In this document: one piece after another, positions 1 to 10,498 of the stretch | Layout: the number at the start of each line of letters is the position of its first letter | Position numbering within the stretch: position 1 is the first letter of the stretch | From: an uncultured Clostridia bacterium | GTDB taxonomy: Bacteria > Bacillota > Clostridia > TANB77 > CAG-508 | Direction of reading: 5' to 3' | DNA length: 61,528 bases | Assembly (NCBI GenBank): GCA_944388705.1 | Contig: CALXJU010000005.1 | Coordinates: 1-61,528, forward strand | Position numbers and translations under genes: made by a program | Notes under the pieces: model-generated | The model's input: the letters and a program-made list of their open reading frames with translations, nothing else | Databases searched by the model: none | Told to the model about the DNA's origin: nothing

Positions 1-59
1 TTGCAACATATTAAGAGTTTTTAGTATTTATTAAGATTTATTTTTAATTTGCTAATGTT

Positions 60-1559
60 CTATGCCAATGGTTTCATAGTTGGAAATAGTAATACATCTC
101 TTATTGATGCAGAATCTGTTAATAACATTACTAATCTATCTATTCCTATTCCAAGTCCTCCTGTTGGTGCCATTCCATATTCTAGTGCATTTATATAATC
201 ATCATCCATCATTCCAGCTTCATCATCACCATTTTCTCTTGCTCTTATTTCTTCTTTAAATCTTTCATATTGGTCAATTGGGTCATTTAATTCTGAGAAT
301 GCATTTCCATATTCTCTTCCACCTATAAATGCTTCAAATCTTTCTGTTAATCTAGGGTCTTTTTTAGATTTTTTTGCAAGTGGTGATATTTCTATTGGAT
401 AATCATATATAAATGTTGGTTGTATTAATGTTGCTTCAACATATTCATCAAAAAATAAACTTATAATATTTCCTCTTGTTTCTTTTCCTACTGGAATTTC
501 TATTTTTCTTTCTTTTGCTAAAGCTACTGCTTCTTCATCTGTTTTAATTGTATTAAAGTCAATTCCTGTAACTTCTTTTATACTATCTATCATGCTAATT
601 CTTTTCCATTTTCCACCTAATTCAATTTCTGTTCCTTGATATGTAATTTTAGTTGTTCCACAAACTTTCATTGCACATCTTTGGAAAATTTCTTCTGTTA
701 TGTCCATCATATCATGATAGTTTTGATATGCAGCATATAATTCCATCATTGTAAATTCTGGATTATGTCTGATATCCATACCTTCATTTCTAAATACTCT
801 ACCTATTTCATATACTTTGTCATATCCACCTACTATTAATCTTTTTAAATTTAGTTCTAAGGCAATTCTTAGATACATTGCTATGTCTAGTGTATTATGA
901 TGTGTTATAAATGGTCTTGCTGTTGCTCCTCCTGATATTGTATTTAATATTGGTGTTTCAACTTCTAAATATCCTTTTTCACTTAATAGATTTCTTATTT
1001 CATTTATTATTTGACTTCTTTTTATAAATGTTTCTTTTACTTCTGGGTTCATTATTAAGTCTACATATCTTTGTCTATATCTTAAATCTACATCTTTTAA
1101 TCCATGGAATTTTTCTGGTAATGGTCTTAATGATTTTGAAAGTAATGTTACTTCTTTTGCATGTACAGATATTTCTTCTGTTCTTGTTTTAAATACAAAT
1201 CCTTTTATTCCAATTATATCTCCAATATCCCATGTTTTAAATGCCTTATATGCTTCTTCTCCTAAGTCATTTATACTTACATAACTTTGGATTTTTTCAT
1301 CACTATCTAATATTGTACAAAATGATGCTTTTCCCATTATTCTTTTTGCTATTATTCTTCCTGCTACTGATACATCTTTTTGTTCAAATTTTTCGTAGTT
1401 TGCTTTTATTTCTCCTGCTGAATTTGTTCTATCAAATTTTGTTATTTCATATGGGTCTTTTCCTTGCTCTTGTAATTCTTTTAATTTGTCTTTTCTTATT
1501 TGTATTAAATGATTTTCGTCTAATTCTACTTCTTGGTTTTGATTGTTATTTTCTTGCAT
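60..1559 (-). CDS. lysS: Lysyl-tRNA synthetase (class II)
   Basis: [10 protein letters not shown]-fold, YRQRYVDL, motif 2 [14 protein letters not shown], motif 3 GLGIGIDRL. The ORF-track extension to 1619 overlaps the tRNA, so the start is placed at MQENN (1559). Confidence 0.97.
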   Translation of the reverse strand: MQENNNQNQEVELDENHLIQIRKDKLKELQEQGKDPYEITKFDRTNSAGEIKANYEKFEQKDVSVAGRIIAKRIMGKASFCTILDSDEKIQSYVSINDLGEEAYKAFKTWDIGDIIGIKGFVFKTRTEEISVHAKEVTLLSKSLRPLPEKFHGLKDVDLRYRQRYVDLIMNPEVKETFIKRSQIINEIRNLLSEKGYLEVETPILNTISGGATARPFITHHNTLDIAMYLRIALELNLKRLIVGGYDKVYEIGRVFRNEGMDIRHNPEFTMMELYAAYQNYHDMMDITEEIFQRCAMKVCGTTKITYQGTEIELGGKWKRISMIDSIKEVTGIDFNTIKTDEEAVALAKERKIEIPVGKETRGNIISLFFDEYVEATLIQPTFIYDYPIEISPLAKKSKKDPRLTERFEAFIGGREYGNAFSELNDPIDQYERFKEEIRARENGDDEAGMMDDDYINALEYGMAPTGGLGIGIDRLVMLLTDSASIRDVLLFPTMKPLA

Positions 1560-1582
1560 TTTCCATCTCTCCTTCTTTTTTA

Positions 1583-1658
1583 TGGAGCTTCTAACGGGAA
1601 TTGAACCCGTGACCTCCACCTTACCAAGGTGGCACTCTACCTACTGAGCTATAGAAGC
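1583..1658 (-). tRNA. tRNA-Thr(GGT)
   Basis: Reverse complement GCTTCTATAGCTCAGTAGGTAGAGTGCCACCTTGGTAAGGTGGAGGTCACGGGTTCAATTCCCGTTAGAAGCTCCA: 76 nt cloverleaf, GGT anticodon, TTC loop, encoded CCA. Confidence 0.97.
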
Positions 1659-1726
1659 ATTAACTTACAGTATTATATTATATTTTAGCTGGAAAATCAA
1701 GACAAAAGCAGAAGTTTTCTCCTGCT

Positions 1727-2119
1727 TTAAAATATATTTTGTAAATTAAATGAATTTTTATCTTCTATATGTTCTAATATAAATTTTCCTTCTTCTAATT
1801 CGGCTGAAGCAGATGAAATGTCTTCTGTTTCAAAATAACTTTTCATATTAACTATAGCTGTATCTACTTTTTCTAATTCATCATGTTCAATATAATATGC
1901 TAATTTGTCATGTTTTTCTTTCCATTTTTGATTTAATTCATCTATTTTTTCTTTTGTTTTTTCTTTGTTTCCTAATGTCATTTCTTCTTTTATTAAAGCT
2001 AATTCTTCTGTTATTGTTTCAACACTTTGTTTTGTATAATTTTGCGTAAATAAGTCTAAACAAACTATCAAAACAATAATTATTATGCAAGTTACTATTT
2101 CTTTAAACATTTTTATCAT
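1727..2119 (-). CDS. DUF4363-family membrane-anchored protein
   Basis: N-terminal TM helix, W....L.YYIEHDELEK motif, typical partner of DUF421. Confidence 0.75.
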   Translation of the reverse strand: MIKMFKEIVTCIIIIVLIVCLDLFTQNYTKQSVETITEELALIKEEMTLGNKEKTKEKIDELNQKWKEKHDKLAYYIEHDELEKVDTAIVNMKSYFETEDISSASAELEEGKFILEHIEDKNSFNLQNIF

Positions 2120-2792
2120 CTTCCTTTTCTAATGGTTGGCAAAAGAATTTCCCTTCTCCATCTATTGTGATTATTAGTGCTTCTTCTGGTTTTATTCCAA
2201 ATTTTTCAGTCTGTTTTTTTAACCACACATAATTTTTACCAATTTTTTGTAAATTTTCATACATTACTTTTCCGTCAACAACTAAATCATATGGAATTCC
2301 TTCATATTTAGGTTCTATATAAAAGTCTTCTGGTGTTGTCGCTCTTTTATTTGGTTTTGGAATTACTGTTACTTGTCCACTCGTTTCTAATATTGCATAT
2401 TCTACATCTCCTATATTAAATATGCTATTATCTCTTAATCTTTCTTCAAGTTCATTTATTGTAAATCTTTCTTTTTTTAGCACTTTTTGGTCTACTTTTC
2501 CTCTATATATTAATATTGATGGTTTTCCACAGATTATTTCTCTCGCTCTTGAACTTTTCATATTGATTATTGATATTACTAAATGCATTACTAACAATCC
2601 TAATATTGGCATTATTCCATTTGTTAACGGAACTCCTGTTTCTGCCATTGGCACTGCTGCTAAGTCTGCTATCATTATTGATATTGCCAATTCAAATGGT
2701 TGTAATTGACCTATTTCTCTTTTTCCCATTAATCTCATTACTATTAATACTAATATGTATAAAACTATCGCTCTAAAAAATGTTATTAACAT
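2103..2792 (-). CDS. DUF421/YetF-family membrane protein
   Basis: RLMGKREIGQLQPFE and AILETSGQ motifs. Confidence 0.9.
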   Translation of the reverse strand: MLITFFRAIVLYILVLIVMRLMGKREIGQLQPFELAISIMIADLAAVPMAETGVPLTNGIMPILGLLVMHLVISIINMKSSRAREIICGKPSILIYRGKVDQKVLKKERFTINELEERLRDNSIFNIGDVEYAILETSGQVTVIPKPNKRATTPEDFYIEPKYEGIPYDLVVDGKVMYENLQKIGKNYVWLKKQTEKFGIKPEEALIITIDGEGKFFCQPLEKEDDKNV

Positions 2793-2954
2793 TTAAGTTC
2801 TCCTTTTTTGTTTTTTTATTTTTATTTTCTTCATTTTTTAGTTATTTATACGATTTTTGTATAATTAATTTTTTGTTGTAAATAATATTGATATAACCTT
2901 GAAAAAAAATGACGTTTAACGCGTTTAATAAAAACTAATAAGGAGGTTTTTGAT

Positions 2955-3326
2955 ATGTCAAATACTCAAAGTAATAGTGCTAGTGGTACTTCTACAGTTT
3001 GGCAAATTGTTGGTAGATTAGTTGCTGCTGCTATAGTTTTAGCAATTACAGCATTTTTCACACCTGGTTTTTCTATTAATAATATATGGTCTTTAGCTAT
3101 CGCCGCAATTGTTTTAACTATAATGGACTACTTAATTGTTAAATTTACAGGTTTACATGCAAGTCCTTTTGGAAAAGGTTTTGTAGGATTTGCATTAGCT
3201 GCTATTATTTTATATGCTACTCAATTTTTTGTGGCTGGATATTCAATTTCTTGGATGGCTGCAATTATTGGTGCTTTAATATATGGTGTAGTAGATTACT
3301 TTATACCTGGAAATCAACAAATGTAG
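2955..3326 (+). CDS. 4-TM phage-holin-family (YvlD-like) membrane protein
   Basis: Four hydrophobic helices, PGF motif, strong AGGAGG RBS. Confidence 0.65.
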   Translation: MSNTQSNSASGTSTVWQIVGRLVAAAIVLAITAFFTPGFSINNIWSLAIAAIVLTIMDYLIVKFTGLHASPFGKGFVGFALAAIILYATQFFVAGYSISWMAAIIGALIYGVVDYFIPGNQQM

Positions 3327-3335
3327 CACAAAATA

Positions 3336-3551
3336 GGACGGTTCTGTTTAGATGGAGGACTGTCCTTTTTAGTATATTTTTAATAATTAATTTATAAAAA
3401 AGTTTATATATTACTATGTAATAAGGTCAAGACCCCCGACGAAGACCCAGAATATGTTTTGACCATGGAATAGTAATATATAAACTTTTAAATATAATAA
3501 ATACATAAAATGTACCAAAAAGGACAGTCCTCCATCTAAACAGAACCGTCC
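3336..3551. repeat. Nested palindromic intergenic element, copy 1 (REP/MITE-like)
   Basis: Outer arms GGACGGTTCTGTTTAGATGGAGGACTGTCCTTTTT / exact complement; inner arms AAAAGTTTATATATTACTAT / ATAGTAATATATAAACTTTT; apex GGTCAA-GACCCCCGACGAAG..-TTGACC. Confidence 0.85.
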
Positions 3552-3566
3552 AAAAATTTTTAAAAC

Positions 3567-4232
3567 TTATCTTTTATCTACTACTTCATTTTTATTTTTG
3601 TATATACTATTTTCAGGAACTACTCCTCTAACAGAAGATAGTGGATATATATTAGTATTTTTGCCAACAACTGTTCCTGGATTTAAAATACTTCCACATC
3701 CAACTTCAACTTCATCACCAATCATTGCTCCAAATTTTTTTAAACCTGTTTCTATTGTTTTTGTTCCATTTTTTACAATAACTAATTTTTTATCTGATTT
3801 TACATTTGATGTTATTGAGCCTGCTCCCATATGTGATTTATATCCTAATATTGAATCACCTACATAATTATAATGTGGTACTTGTACTTTATTAAATAAT
3901 ATAACATTTTTTAATTCTGTAGAATTTCCAACTACTGCTCCATTTCCTACAATTGCTTTTCCTCTTATAAATGCACAATGTCTTATTTCTGCATTTTCTC
4001 CAATTATTGCAGGGCCTTTAATATATGCTGTTGGAGCTATTTCTGCATTTTTGGCAATCCAAATATCTTCTCCTTTTTGCTCATAAATTTCTTTATTTAA
4101 AGTAGGACCTATTTTTAAAATAAATTCACTTATTTGTGGTAATGTTTCCCATGGATATGTACAATTTTCTAATAATTCTTTTGCAATTGTTTCTTCTAGA
4201 TTATAAAGATTTTTTATTTTACATTCTTCCAT
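3567..4232 (-). CDS. Hexapeptide-repeat acetyltransferase (stand-alone GlmU C-terminal-like)
   Basis: Left-handed beta-helix repeats, HYNYVGDSILG motif. Confidence 0.85.
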   Translation of the reverse strand: MEECKIKNLYNLEETIAKELLENCTYPWETLPQISEFILKIGPTLNKEIYEQKGEDIWIAKNAEIAPTAYIKGPAIIGENAEIRHCAFIRGKAIVGNGAVVGNSTELKNVILFNKVQVPHYNYVGDSILGYKSHMGAGSITSNVKSDKKLVIVKNGTKTIETGLKKFGAMIGDEVEVGCGSILNPGTVVGKNTNIYPLSSVRGVVPENSIYKNKNEVVDKR

Positions 4233-4246
4233 ATAAAATTTCCTTT

Positions 4247-5494
4247 CTACTTTTGTCTATTCCAAAACTTTTCATACAATTCTTTAGCTGTTTTTGGACT
4301 ATCAACACCTTCTTTATTTTTTATTGGTGCAAAATCATCTTCTCTTTTTCCTCTTAATATTGCAATATCATCAAAAAATTCAAATGCATCAAATATAAAT
4401 GATTCGAATTTATATGAATTTGGTTCTTCTGGTATTATTTCTTTTCCATCTTCATCTATATATGAGTTTTTCTTAAATGCACAATGATACATTAATGGCT
4501 CTTGACTAATTTTTTCTATTGCTTCAATTGTGTATAAATTACACATTATATGTGATTCACCATATTTTAGTTGACCTTTTTTATCAACTTCTTCTGCCAT
4601 TTTTTCTGGCAATTCTGCATATTCTATTACTTTTGGGTGTCCATTCATTTTACAGAATACTCCTACTTTTTCATGAGGGTTTGCTTTTACTACTGACTTT
4701 GATGCTATTTGCACTTTTTTCTCTTTTGCCATTCCAAGTAATGTTACATCAGCCATTTTTAATAATGCATTATCTATAGCCCCTATAAATACCCATTGTA
4801 TTCCTCTTTCTTTCATATCTGCCAATGCCCCTGATGCTCTTAATGATGAATATGTACCACCATTTCCATCTGATGCTTCTTTTATTTTGAAATTTTTTCC
4901 TATAAGTAATTTTCCATTTATATCAATTAATGGTAATTCACTTTGTGTGAATATTGTTATGTAATTTTTATCATACCCAAAATATTTATGTTTTTTTAAG
5001 AATTTTACTGTTTCTTCATTATTTTCTTTACTTGTCATTATATACCATGGTATTGTTGTTTCATATTTTTGATTTGCTTCTTTTAAGTTTTCTATTAATA
5101 TTTCAAATAAATATTTTCCTTTTCCATATACATCTAGTTTAAATGTTCCTTTTGGTCCTGTATGACCTAGTCTTGTTCCTTGACCTCCTGCCATTGTTAC
5201 TACTGCATATTTTCCGTTTCTTATTATTTTTTCTCCTAATTCATCATATCTTTTTCTTTGCTTTTCTGTTAATGTTTCTTTGTCTAAATATTTTATTGGT
5301 TCTATTTTACTTTCTTTAAATTCTATTTCTTTTTTTGTATTTTCATATAATTCTGCAATTTGATGTAAGTCAATATTTTCTATTTGTTTTATTAATTCTT
5401 CTCTTTTATTTTCATCTAGTTTTTTTAATAATTTTATAACATGGTCTTGATTATATTGTTTTAAAATGTCAATTGTATCTTGCATTTTATCCAT
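4247..5494 (-). CDS. UDP-N-acetylglucosamine pyrophosphorylase (UDPGP/UAP1 type)
   Basis: MAGGQGTRLG..GPKG, DGNGG, EKVGV, KFESFIFDAF, FAPIKN motifs. Confidence 0.9.
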   Translation of the reverse strand: MDKMQDTIDILKQYNQDHVIKLLKKLDENKREELIKQIENIDLHQIAELYENTKKEIEFKESKIEPIKYLDKETLTEKQRKRYDELGEKIIRNGKYAVVTMAGGQGTRLGHTGPKGTFKLDVYGKGKYLFEILIENLKEANQKYETTIPWYIMTSKENNEETVKFLKKHKYFGYDKNYITIFTQSELPLIDINGKLLIGKNFKIKEASDGNGGTYSSLRASGALADMKERGIQWVFIGAIDNALLKMADVTLLGMAKEKKVQIASKSVVKANPHEKVGVFCKMNGHPKVIEYAELPEKMAEEVDKKGQLKYGESHIMCNLYTIEAIEKISQEPLMYHCAFKKNSYIDEDGKEIIPEEPNSYKFESFIFDAFEFFDDIAILRGKREDDFAPIKNKEGVDSPKTAKELYEKFWNRQK

Positions 5495-5671
5495 TTTATC
5501 CTTCTCCTTTTGCTCAGTTTCACTATATTATATGTTCTTTCGAATTACTATTCTATCATATTTATTTTTATTTTTCAAGTTTTTTTAAAATCGTGGTTAT
5601 ATTCTTAATATTTAAACAATATATATTAGTAAAAGTTTGTCTTAACTAGAAAATTCAAGGAGGTAGTATAG

Positions 5672-7150
5672 ATGGAAAATGTAGGCTTATATCAAGATAT
5701 AGCCAAACGAACTGATGGTGATATTTATATTGGAGTTGTCGGTCCTGTAAGAACTGGTAAATCTACTTTTATTAAGAAGTTTATGGATTTACTTGTTATT
5801 CCTAATATAGATAATGAATACAAAAAAGAAAGGGCTAAAGATGAACTTCCACAAAGTGCTGGTGGACGTACAATTATGACAACAGAACCTAAGTTTGTTC
5901 CTAATGAGGCTGTTGAAATTACAATAGATAAAAATTTAAAATTAAAAACACGTTTGGTCGATTGTGTTGGATATTTAGTCGATAATGCAATTGGATACTT
6001 GGAAGATGATATGCCTAGAATGGTTAAAACACCATGGTCAGAAGAAGAAATTCCTTTTGAAACAGCTGCAGAAATTGGAACTAAAAAAGTTATTGAAGAA
6101 CATTCTACGATTGGTATTTTAATCACAACTGATGGTACTGTTACTGATATCCCACGTGAAGACTATATTAAAGCAGAAGAAAGAGTTGTTAGCGAACTTA
6201 GAGCATTAAATAAACCTTTTATTATATTGCTAAATTCAGCTGAGCCATCTTCTCCTGAAACAAAAGTTCTAGCAACACAATTGTCAGAAAAATATAATAC
6301 AAATGTTATGCCTATTAATTGTGAAGAACTTTCAGCAGAAGATATTAATCAGATGTTTTCTAATTTACTTTACGAGTTTCCTGTTGAAGAAATTAAAATT
6401 AGTTTTCCTAAATGGATTGATGGATTAGATTTTACTCATCCATTAAAAGCTAAATTATTTGAACAAATTAAAAATGCTTTTACTAATATTTCAGCATTAA
6501 AAGATGTTTCAAATTGTGTGTCTTTAATTGATAATACTGATATTATTTCTAAAACTTTTGTAAATAATATCATGCTTGGTAATGGAAAAGTTTGTATTAC
6601 TATTAATTTAAAAGATGAACTATTTTATGAAGTTTTATCACAGATGACTGGAATGAATATTACAAATGAAGGTGAATTGTTCTCTATTATGAGTGATTTA
6701 GCAAGTACTAAAAAGAAATATGATAAAATTGCATATGCTCTTGAAGAAGTTAAAACTAAGGGTTATGGTATCGTTACTCCTTCTATTGATGAACTTGTTT
6801 TAGAGGAACCTGAACTAGTTAAACAAGGTTCACGTTTTGGTGTTAAACTTCGTGCAACTGCTCCTTCAATCCACTTAATCCGTGCTAATATTGAAACTGA
6901 AGTTTCTCCTATTGTTGGCTCAGAAAAACAATCTGAAGAACTTGTTAATTATCTTCTTTCTGGTTTTGAGAATGACCCTGCAAGTATTTGGAGTTCAAAT
7001 ATTTTTGGAAAGAGTTTAAATGAATTAGTTAATGAAGGTCTTCAAACTAAACTTGCTAAAATGCCTGAAGAGGCTCAAATGAAACTTCAAGAGACTCTTG
7101 AACGTATTGTTAATGAGGGTAGCGGTGGATTGATTTGTATAATTTTATAA
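5672..7150 (+). CDS. spoIVA: Stage IV sporulation protein A
   Basis: GVVGPVRTGKSTFIKKF, DELPQS..G.TIMTTEPKFVP, C-terminal GSGGLICIIL. Confidence 0.97.
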   Translation: MENVGLYQDIAKRTDGDIYIGVVGPVRTGKSTFIKKFMDLLVIPNIDNEYKKERAKDELPQSAGGRTIMTTEPKFVPNEAVEITIDKNLKLKTRLVDCVGYLVDNAIGYLEDDMPRMVKTPWSEEEIPFETAAEIGTKKVIEEHSTIGILITTDGTVTDIPREDYIKAEERVVSELRALNKPFIILLNSAEPSSPETKVLATQLSEKYNTNVMPINCEELSAEDINQMFSNLLYEFPVEEIKISFPKWIDGLDFTHPLKAKLFEQIKNAFTNISALKDVSNCVSLIDNTDIISKTFVNNIMLGNGKVCITINLKDELFYEVLSQMTGMNITNEGELFSIMSDLASTKKKYDKIAYALEEVKTKGYGIVTPSIDELVLEEPELVKQGSRFGVKLRATAPSIHLIRANIETEVSPIVGSEKQSEELVNYLLSGFENDPASIWSSNIFGKSLNELVNEGLQTKLAKMPEEAQMKLQETLERIVNEGSGGLICIIL

Positions 7151-7214
7151 TTAATAAAGAGGAGTTATAAAACTCCTCTCTTACTATTTTATAGATTTTT
7201 TTAAGGTATCTTTA

Positions 7215-7532
7215 TTATGTTCGTGGCAATTTTCCTGCCAAATCTTTTAAATCATTTTGGGCTTTTTGGTATTCATTATAACATCTCTCTAAATATTTGC
7301 CAAAACATTCTAATTCTTCTTCAACTTTTGCTGATGCTGAATTTGAGTTTGCTTCTTTCAAACCTTCTACTTTATTTATAAATTCATCGTAATCTTTACC
7401 TTGCCAATTTGATGACATATTTTGTGCCACTGTTTGTATTTCTGTATCTTTTCCTCTTTGTGTTTCAAGGCTCGTATTTATTGCATCTTTAGTTGAATTT
7501 AATAAATCTAAATCTATTTTTAAGCTACTCAT
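7215..7532 (-). CDS. WXG100-family protein
   Basis: 105 aa helical protein with central WQG, last gene of the T7SS operon. Confidence 0.75.
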   Translation of the reverse strand: MSSLKIDLDLLNSTKDAINTSLETQRGKDTEIQTVAQNMSSNWQGKDYDEFINKVEGLKEANSNSASAKVEEELECFGKYLERCYNEYQKAQNDLKDLAGKLPRT

Positions 7533-7540
7533 TTTTCACC

Positions 7541-7912
7541 TCATTTAAAAGCATCTGCAAGTGATTTATTTGTTGTTTCTACATCAGTATATCCACCTGC
7601 AACTACTTGTTTTATATAATTTATATAATTATTTATCTGTGTAATTTTGGCATTATGGTCTTCTTTTAATATATTAAATGCATTTACTGCATTCCATGCT
7701 GCTTGTCCTTCCCAAATATAATCCAAATTGTTCATTTGAGTAACTGCATTTTCAAATTCTTCTGTTATTGCTTGTACAATATCAGATATTGCCTGTACAT
7801 CAGATAATACTCCTTCTGTATCTATATATGTTCTATCAGCCAAATCAGAGTTTATTTGCATTATTTCTGGAATAGTTACATCATTTTTTATTTCATTTTC
7901 ATTCTCTTCCAT
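7541..7912 (-). CDS. WXG100-family protein
   Basis: Central WEG and C-terminal YxxxE (YTDVE); paralog of 9591..9896. Confidence 0.75.
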   Translation of the reverse strand: MEENENEIKNDVTIPEIMQINSDLADRTYIDTEGVLSDVQAISDIVQAITEEFENAVTQMNNLDYIWEGQAAWNAVNAFNILKEDHNAKITQINNYINYIKQVVAGGYTDVETTNKSLADAFK

Positions 7913-7921
7913 TATAATCTC

Positions 7922-8233
7922 CTAATTATTCATATATTTTTCTCTGCTTTCATATTTCTCTTTGTTTTCATAATATGCTTCTAGTCTTTTTATAAATTCT
8001 TCTCTTTCTTCATTTTCATATCCTCTAAAAAAGACTGTTTCTATTGCTTCTTCATTTATAAAAAACATACAGTTAGGGCTAATAAAACCTTCTGGATATG
8101 GCACTGCTAAATAATCATATACTTTGTTATTAGCTAAATTTGTTTGTTTAACTCCAATTACCATAACTTTCTTTTTACCGTTTTTTAATATTATTACACT
8201 TCCAATTGGTAATAAATTTTTTACATTTTCCAT
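7922..8233 (-). CDS. DUF4176 family protein (T7SS-associated)
   Basis: LLPIGSVIILKNG.KKVMVIG, YDY.AVPYPEG, VFFRGY motifs. Confidence 0.88.
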   Translation of the reverse strand: MENVKNLLPIGSVIILKNGKKKVMVIGVKQTNLANNKVYDYLAVPYPEGFISPNCMFFINEEAIETVFFRGYENEEREEFIKRLEAYYENKEKYESREKYMNN

Positions 8234-8263
8234 TTTGCTAACATTCCTTTCTTTCAAAATTAC

Positions 8264-9358
8264 TTACTTTGCTAATGCTTCTTCCATAGCTTTATCCCAG
8301 ACAGCAACTCCTCCATCTTGTACAGCATGTTCTATATCTCGACCAGCATCAACTACTGCTCCTACTACATCTCCTTCAGTAACTATTTCTCCAACTACTT
8401 CTAATGAACTTCCTATTGCTCTACCTGTATTCATTATACAATCTCCTGTTGCTTTTATTCCTCCTATGATAAAGTCAGAAACAAATTCTGTAAAATCTTT
8501 TCCTGTTGTATATTCACATACAGCATCTGCAACTATTTTTCCCATTACTACAGCTGCTGCTATTAATGGTGCTGGTGCTACTACTCCTATTATAGCTATA
8601 GAGGCTGCAGTTGCTATTGATACTAATGCTTTATCTATTACTAAATCAACAACAAATTCTCCTACTGTTTCTGCAATTGTTCGTAAATTCCATCCACCAT
8701 TTTCTTTGAAGTTTTCAGCTAAAGTTCCTAATGCTCCAAGTCCTTTTCCAACCCAACCTGCTACTGAATTAAACATATTACCAGCTTTATTAGATATGTT
8801 TTCTACCCATTCATCTAGTCCTAATTGTTGAGCCCATGTTGCAGCTTTATCTCCAACTTTTCCTATACAATATACTAAATCTCCTAACATTGAAACGAAA
8901 TTTCCTGCTAGTCCAAAAAAATCTTCCAATGTTGATTTTCCTGTAATAACTCCTATAACTACACTTACGCCTTCTCCCAAATATCCAAATTCACTGACAA
9001 AATCAGCTACATCATCTAAAGCATCTCTTGCCCAATCAACAGCACTATTCCATGAGTCTACAAAATCGCCAAACCAATCACCATTATATGTTAATGGGTC
9101 AATATCTCTTAATGTTGATTCTACACTATTTATTTTAGAACTCACCTTTTGTAAATAGTCCACATTTTTTTTAAGTCTCCATACAAAATCATTTGGAGAA
9201 CCTTGACTTTGCAATGTCCATGATATACCATTATATCCTTGTTGGTTAGCATAGCTAGTCAAATTGTTATCTAGAGTATTTACTGAATTTATTAAACCTT
9301 GTAATCTTGAAACATAATCATCTATTTTTAAAGTATCAACTTTTATTTCATTAGACAT
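8264..9358 (-). CDS. Putative T7SS substrate/effector
   Basis: N-terminal WXG/LXG-like helical region (EIKVDT..I..Y..RL), then Gly-rich hydrophobic helices; position inside the T7SS operon. Confidence 0.55.
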   Translation of the reverse strand: MSNEIKVDTLKIDDYVSRLQGLINSVNTLDNNLTSYANQQGYNGISWTLQSQGSPNDFVWRLKKNVDYLQKVSSKINSVESTLRDIDPLTYNGDWFGDFVDSWNSAVDWARDALDDVADFVSEFGYLGEGVSVVIGVITGKSTLEDFFGLAGNFVSMLGDLVYCIGKVGDKAATWAQQLGLDEWVENISNKAGNMFNSVAGWVGKGLGALGTLAENFKENGGWNLRTIAETVGEFVVDLVIDKALVSIATAASIAIIGVVAPAPLIAAAVVMGKIVADAVCEYTTGKDFTEFVSDFIIGGIKATGDCIMNTGRAIGSSLEVVGEIVTEGDVVGAVVDAGRDIEHAVQDGGVAVWDKAMEEALAK

Positions 9359-9382
9359 TTTCTTTTTTCCTTCTTTTATTTA

Positions 9383-9574
9383 TTAATAATAATTTGCTAT
9401 TATATTATTTTTTATATTTGTATAACATGTTGAAACAAATTGTAGACTTGCTGTACAATTTTCTTGTCCTAGACCTACTACATTTGTGTTTATTTCTGAA
9501 ATTAAATTATCTAATTCATTGATAATTCTTTGAAGCTCATTTAAATATGTATTTAATGTTACATCGTTTGTCAT
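9383..9574 (-). CDS. Small helical hypothetical protein (possible effector-targeting factor)
   Basis: 63 aa with GGAGG RBS, between WXG100 genes and the effector candidate. Confidence 0.5.
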   Translation of the reverse strand: MTNDVTLNTYLNELQRIINELDNLISEINTNVVGLGQENCTASLQFVSTCYTNIKNNIIANYY

Positions 9575-9590
9575 TTTTGCCTCCTAAATT

Positions 9591-9896
9591 TTATTTAAAT
9601 GCATCTGCAAGTGTTGTATTTGTTGTTTCTGTATCTTCATGTCCTGATACTACAACATTTTTCAAAAATTCTACATATTGGTCTATTAAGTCTTTATAAG
9701 ATTGAAAATATTGGTTTGCAAAAGAATTTACTGCTTCTATTGTAGCAGTTGCTGCATCACCTGTCCATACTTGTTCTAGGTTTTTAATTGTTGTTTGTGC
9801 ATTTGTCAATGTTGTTTGTAAATCATCATTTAATTTTGATATTGAATCAGCTATTGCATTTACTTGAGCTGGGTCAATTTTCATTAAATCTGCCAT
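9591..9896 (-). CDS. WXG100-family protein (EsxA/B-like)
   Basis: 101 aa, central WTG, MKIDP N-terminus. Confidence 0.85.
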   Translation of the reverse strand: MADLMKIDPAQVNAIADSISKLNDDLQTTLTNAQTTIKNLEQVWTGDAATATIEAVNSFANQYFQSYKDLIDQYVEFLKNVVVSGHEDTETTNTTLADAFK

Positions 9897-9911
9897 TTTA
9901 TTTTCCTCCTT

Positions 9912-10211
9912 TTATTGTCCTAATTTTGATACTTGTGAAATATTATCTGTTCTTCTATCATCATAATTTTGTGCTTGTTTTGTTAAAGTTTCTCCATCTG
10001 TTCTTAATTTATCTGCCATTTGTTTTAATTTTGTTGAAATTCCTTTTATTTGTTCTACGAATGCTAAATTGTCATCTCCTACCCAAGCTTCTCCCATTGT
10101 TTCTGCTTGTTGGAATAGATTTTGATAAATCTCTTCAAATGTTGTAGCATATTCTGTTAACTTTGTTCCTGCGTTTTTTAATTGTTGTGGTTCTACTGAT
10201 GTTGCTCCCAT
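9912..10211 (-). CDS. WXG100-family protein (EsxA/B-like)
   Basis: 99 aa, central WVG, C-terminal AQNY. Confidence 0.85.
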   Translation of the reverse strand: MGATSVEPQQLKNAGTKLTEYATTFEEIYQNLFQQAETMGEAWVGDDNLAFVEQIKGISTKLKQMADKLRTDGETLTKQAQNYDDRRTDNISQVSKLGQ

Positions 10212-10246
10212 AAATATTACCCCTTTCTTTGTTAAAATTTACAATA

Positions 10247-10498
10247 TTATGTTATCATAATTTTGCTTCCATTGTCAATATCTGTCTCAAAAACCCTTAA
10301 ATTTTTATTATATTCTTTTCCTGTAGAGAAGTTACAAATTGTAGCTTCTCTATTTTCTCTATACTGACCTTTTGATAAATCACTTATCGCACTAGATAGT
10401 AAAAATCCAACTTCTCCAACTCTACTTTCTGCTGGTATATATGCATCATATTTTAGTCTTGCTGCTGGTACATACACTTCAACTAATATCTTACTCAT
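10247..10498 (-). CDS. YukD/EsaB-like ubiquitin-fold T7SS component
   Basis: About 83 aa, YD..IP and I.NGSKIMI pattern, directly after essC. Confidence 0.7.
   Translation of the reverse strand: MSKILVEVYVPAARLKYDAYIPAESRVGEVGFLLSSAISDLSKGQYRENREATICNFSTGKEYNKNLRVFETDIDNGSKIMIT

Noticed and set aside
1560-1619. N-terminal extension of lysS in the ORF track
   Set aside because: It overlaps tRNA-Thr; the real start is MQENN at 1559 with an upstream purine-rich RBS.
2955-3326. Prophage suggested by the holin-family gene
   Set aside because: No other phage genes; this family is commonly chromosomal in Clostridia.
8124-8831. 235-aa plus-strand ORF and many other antisense ORFs
   Set aside because: They are shadow ORFs opposite well-supported genes, with Leu/Phe/Ile-rich composition typical of AT-rich antisense frames.
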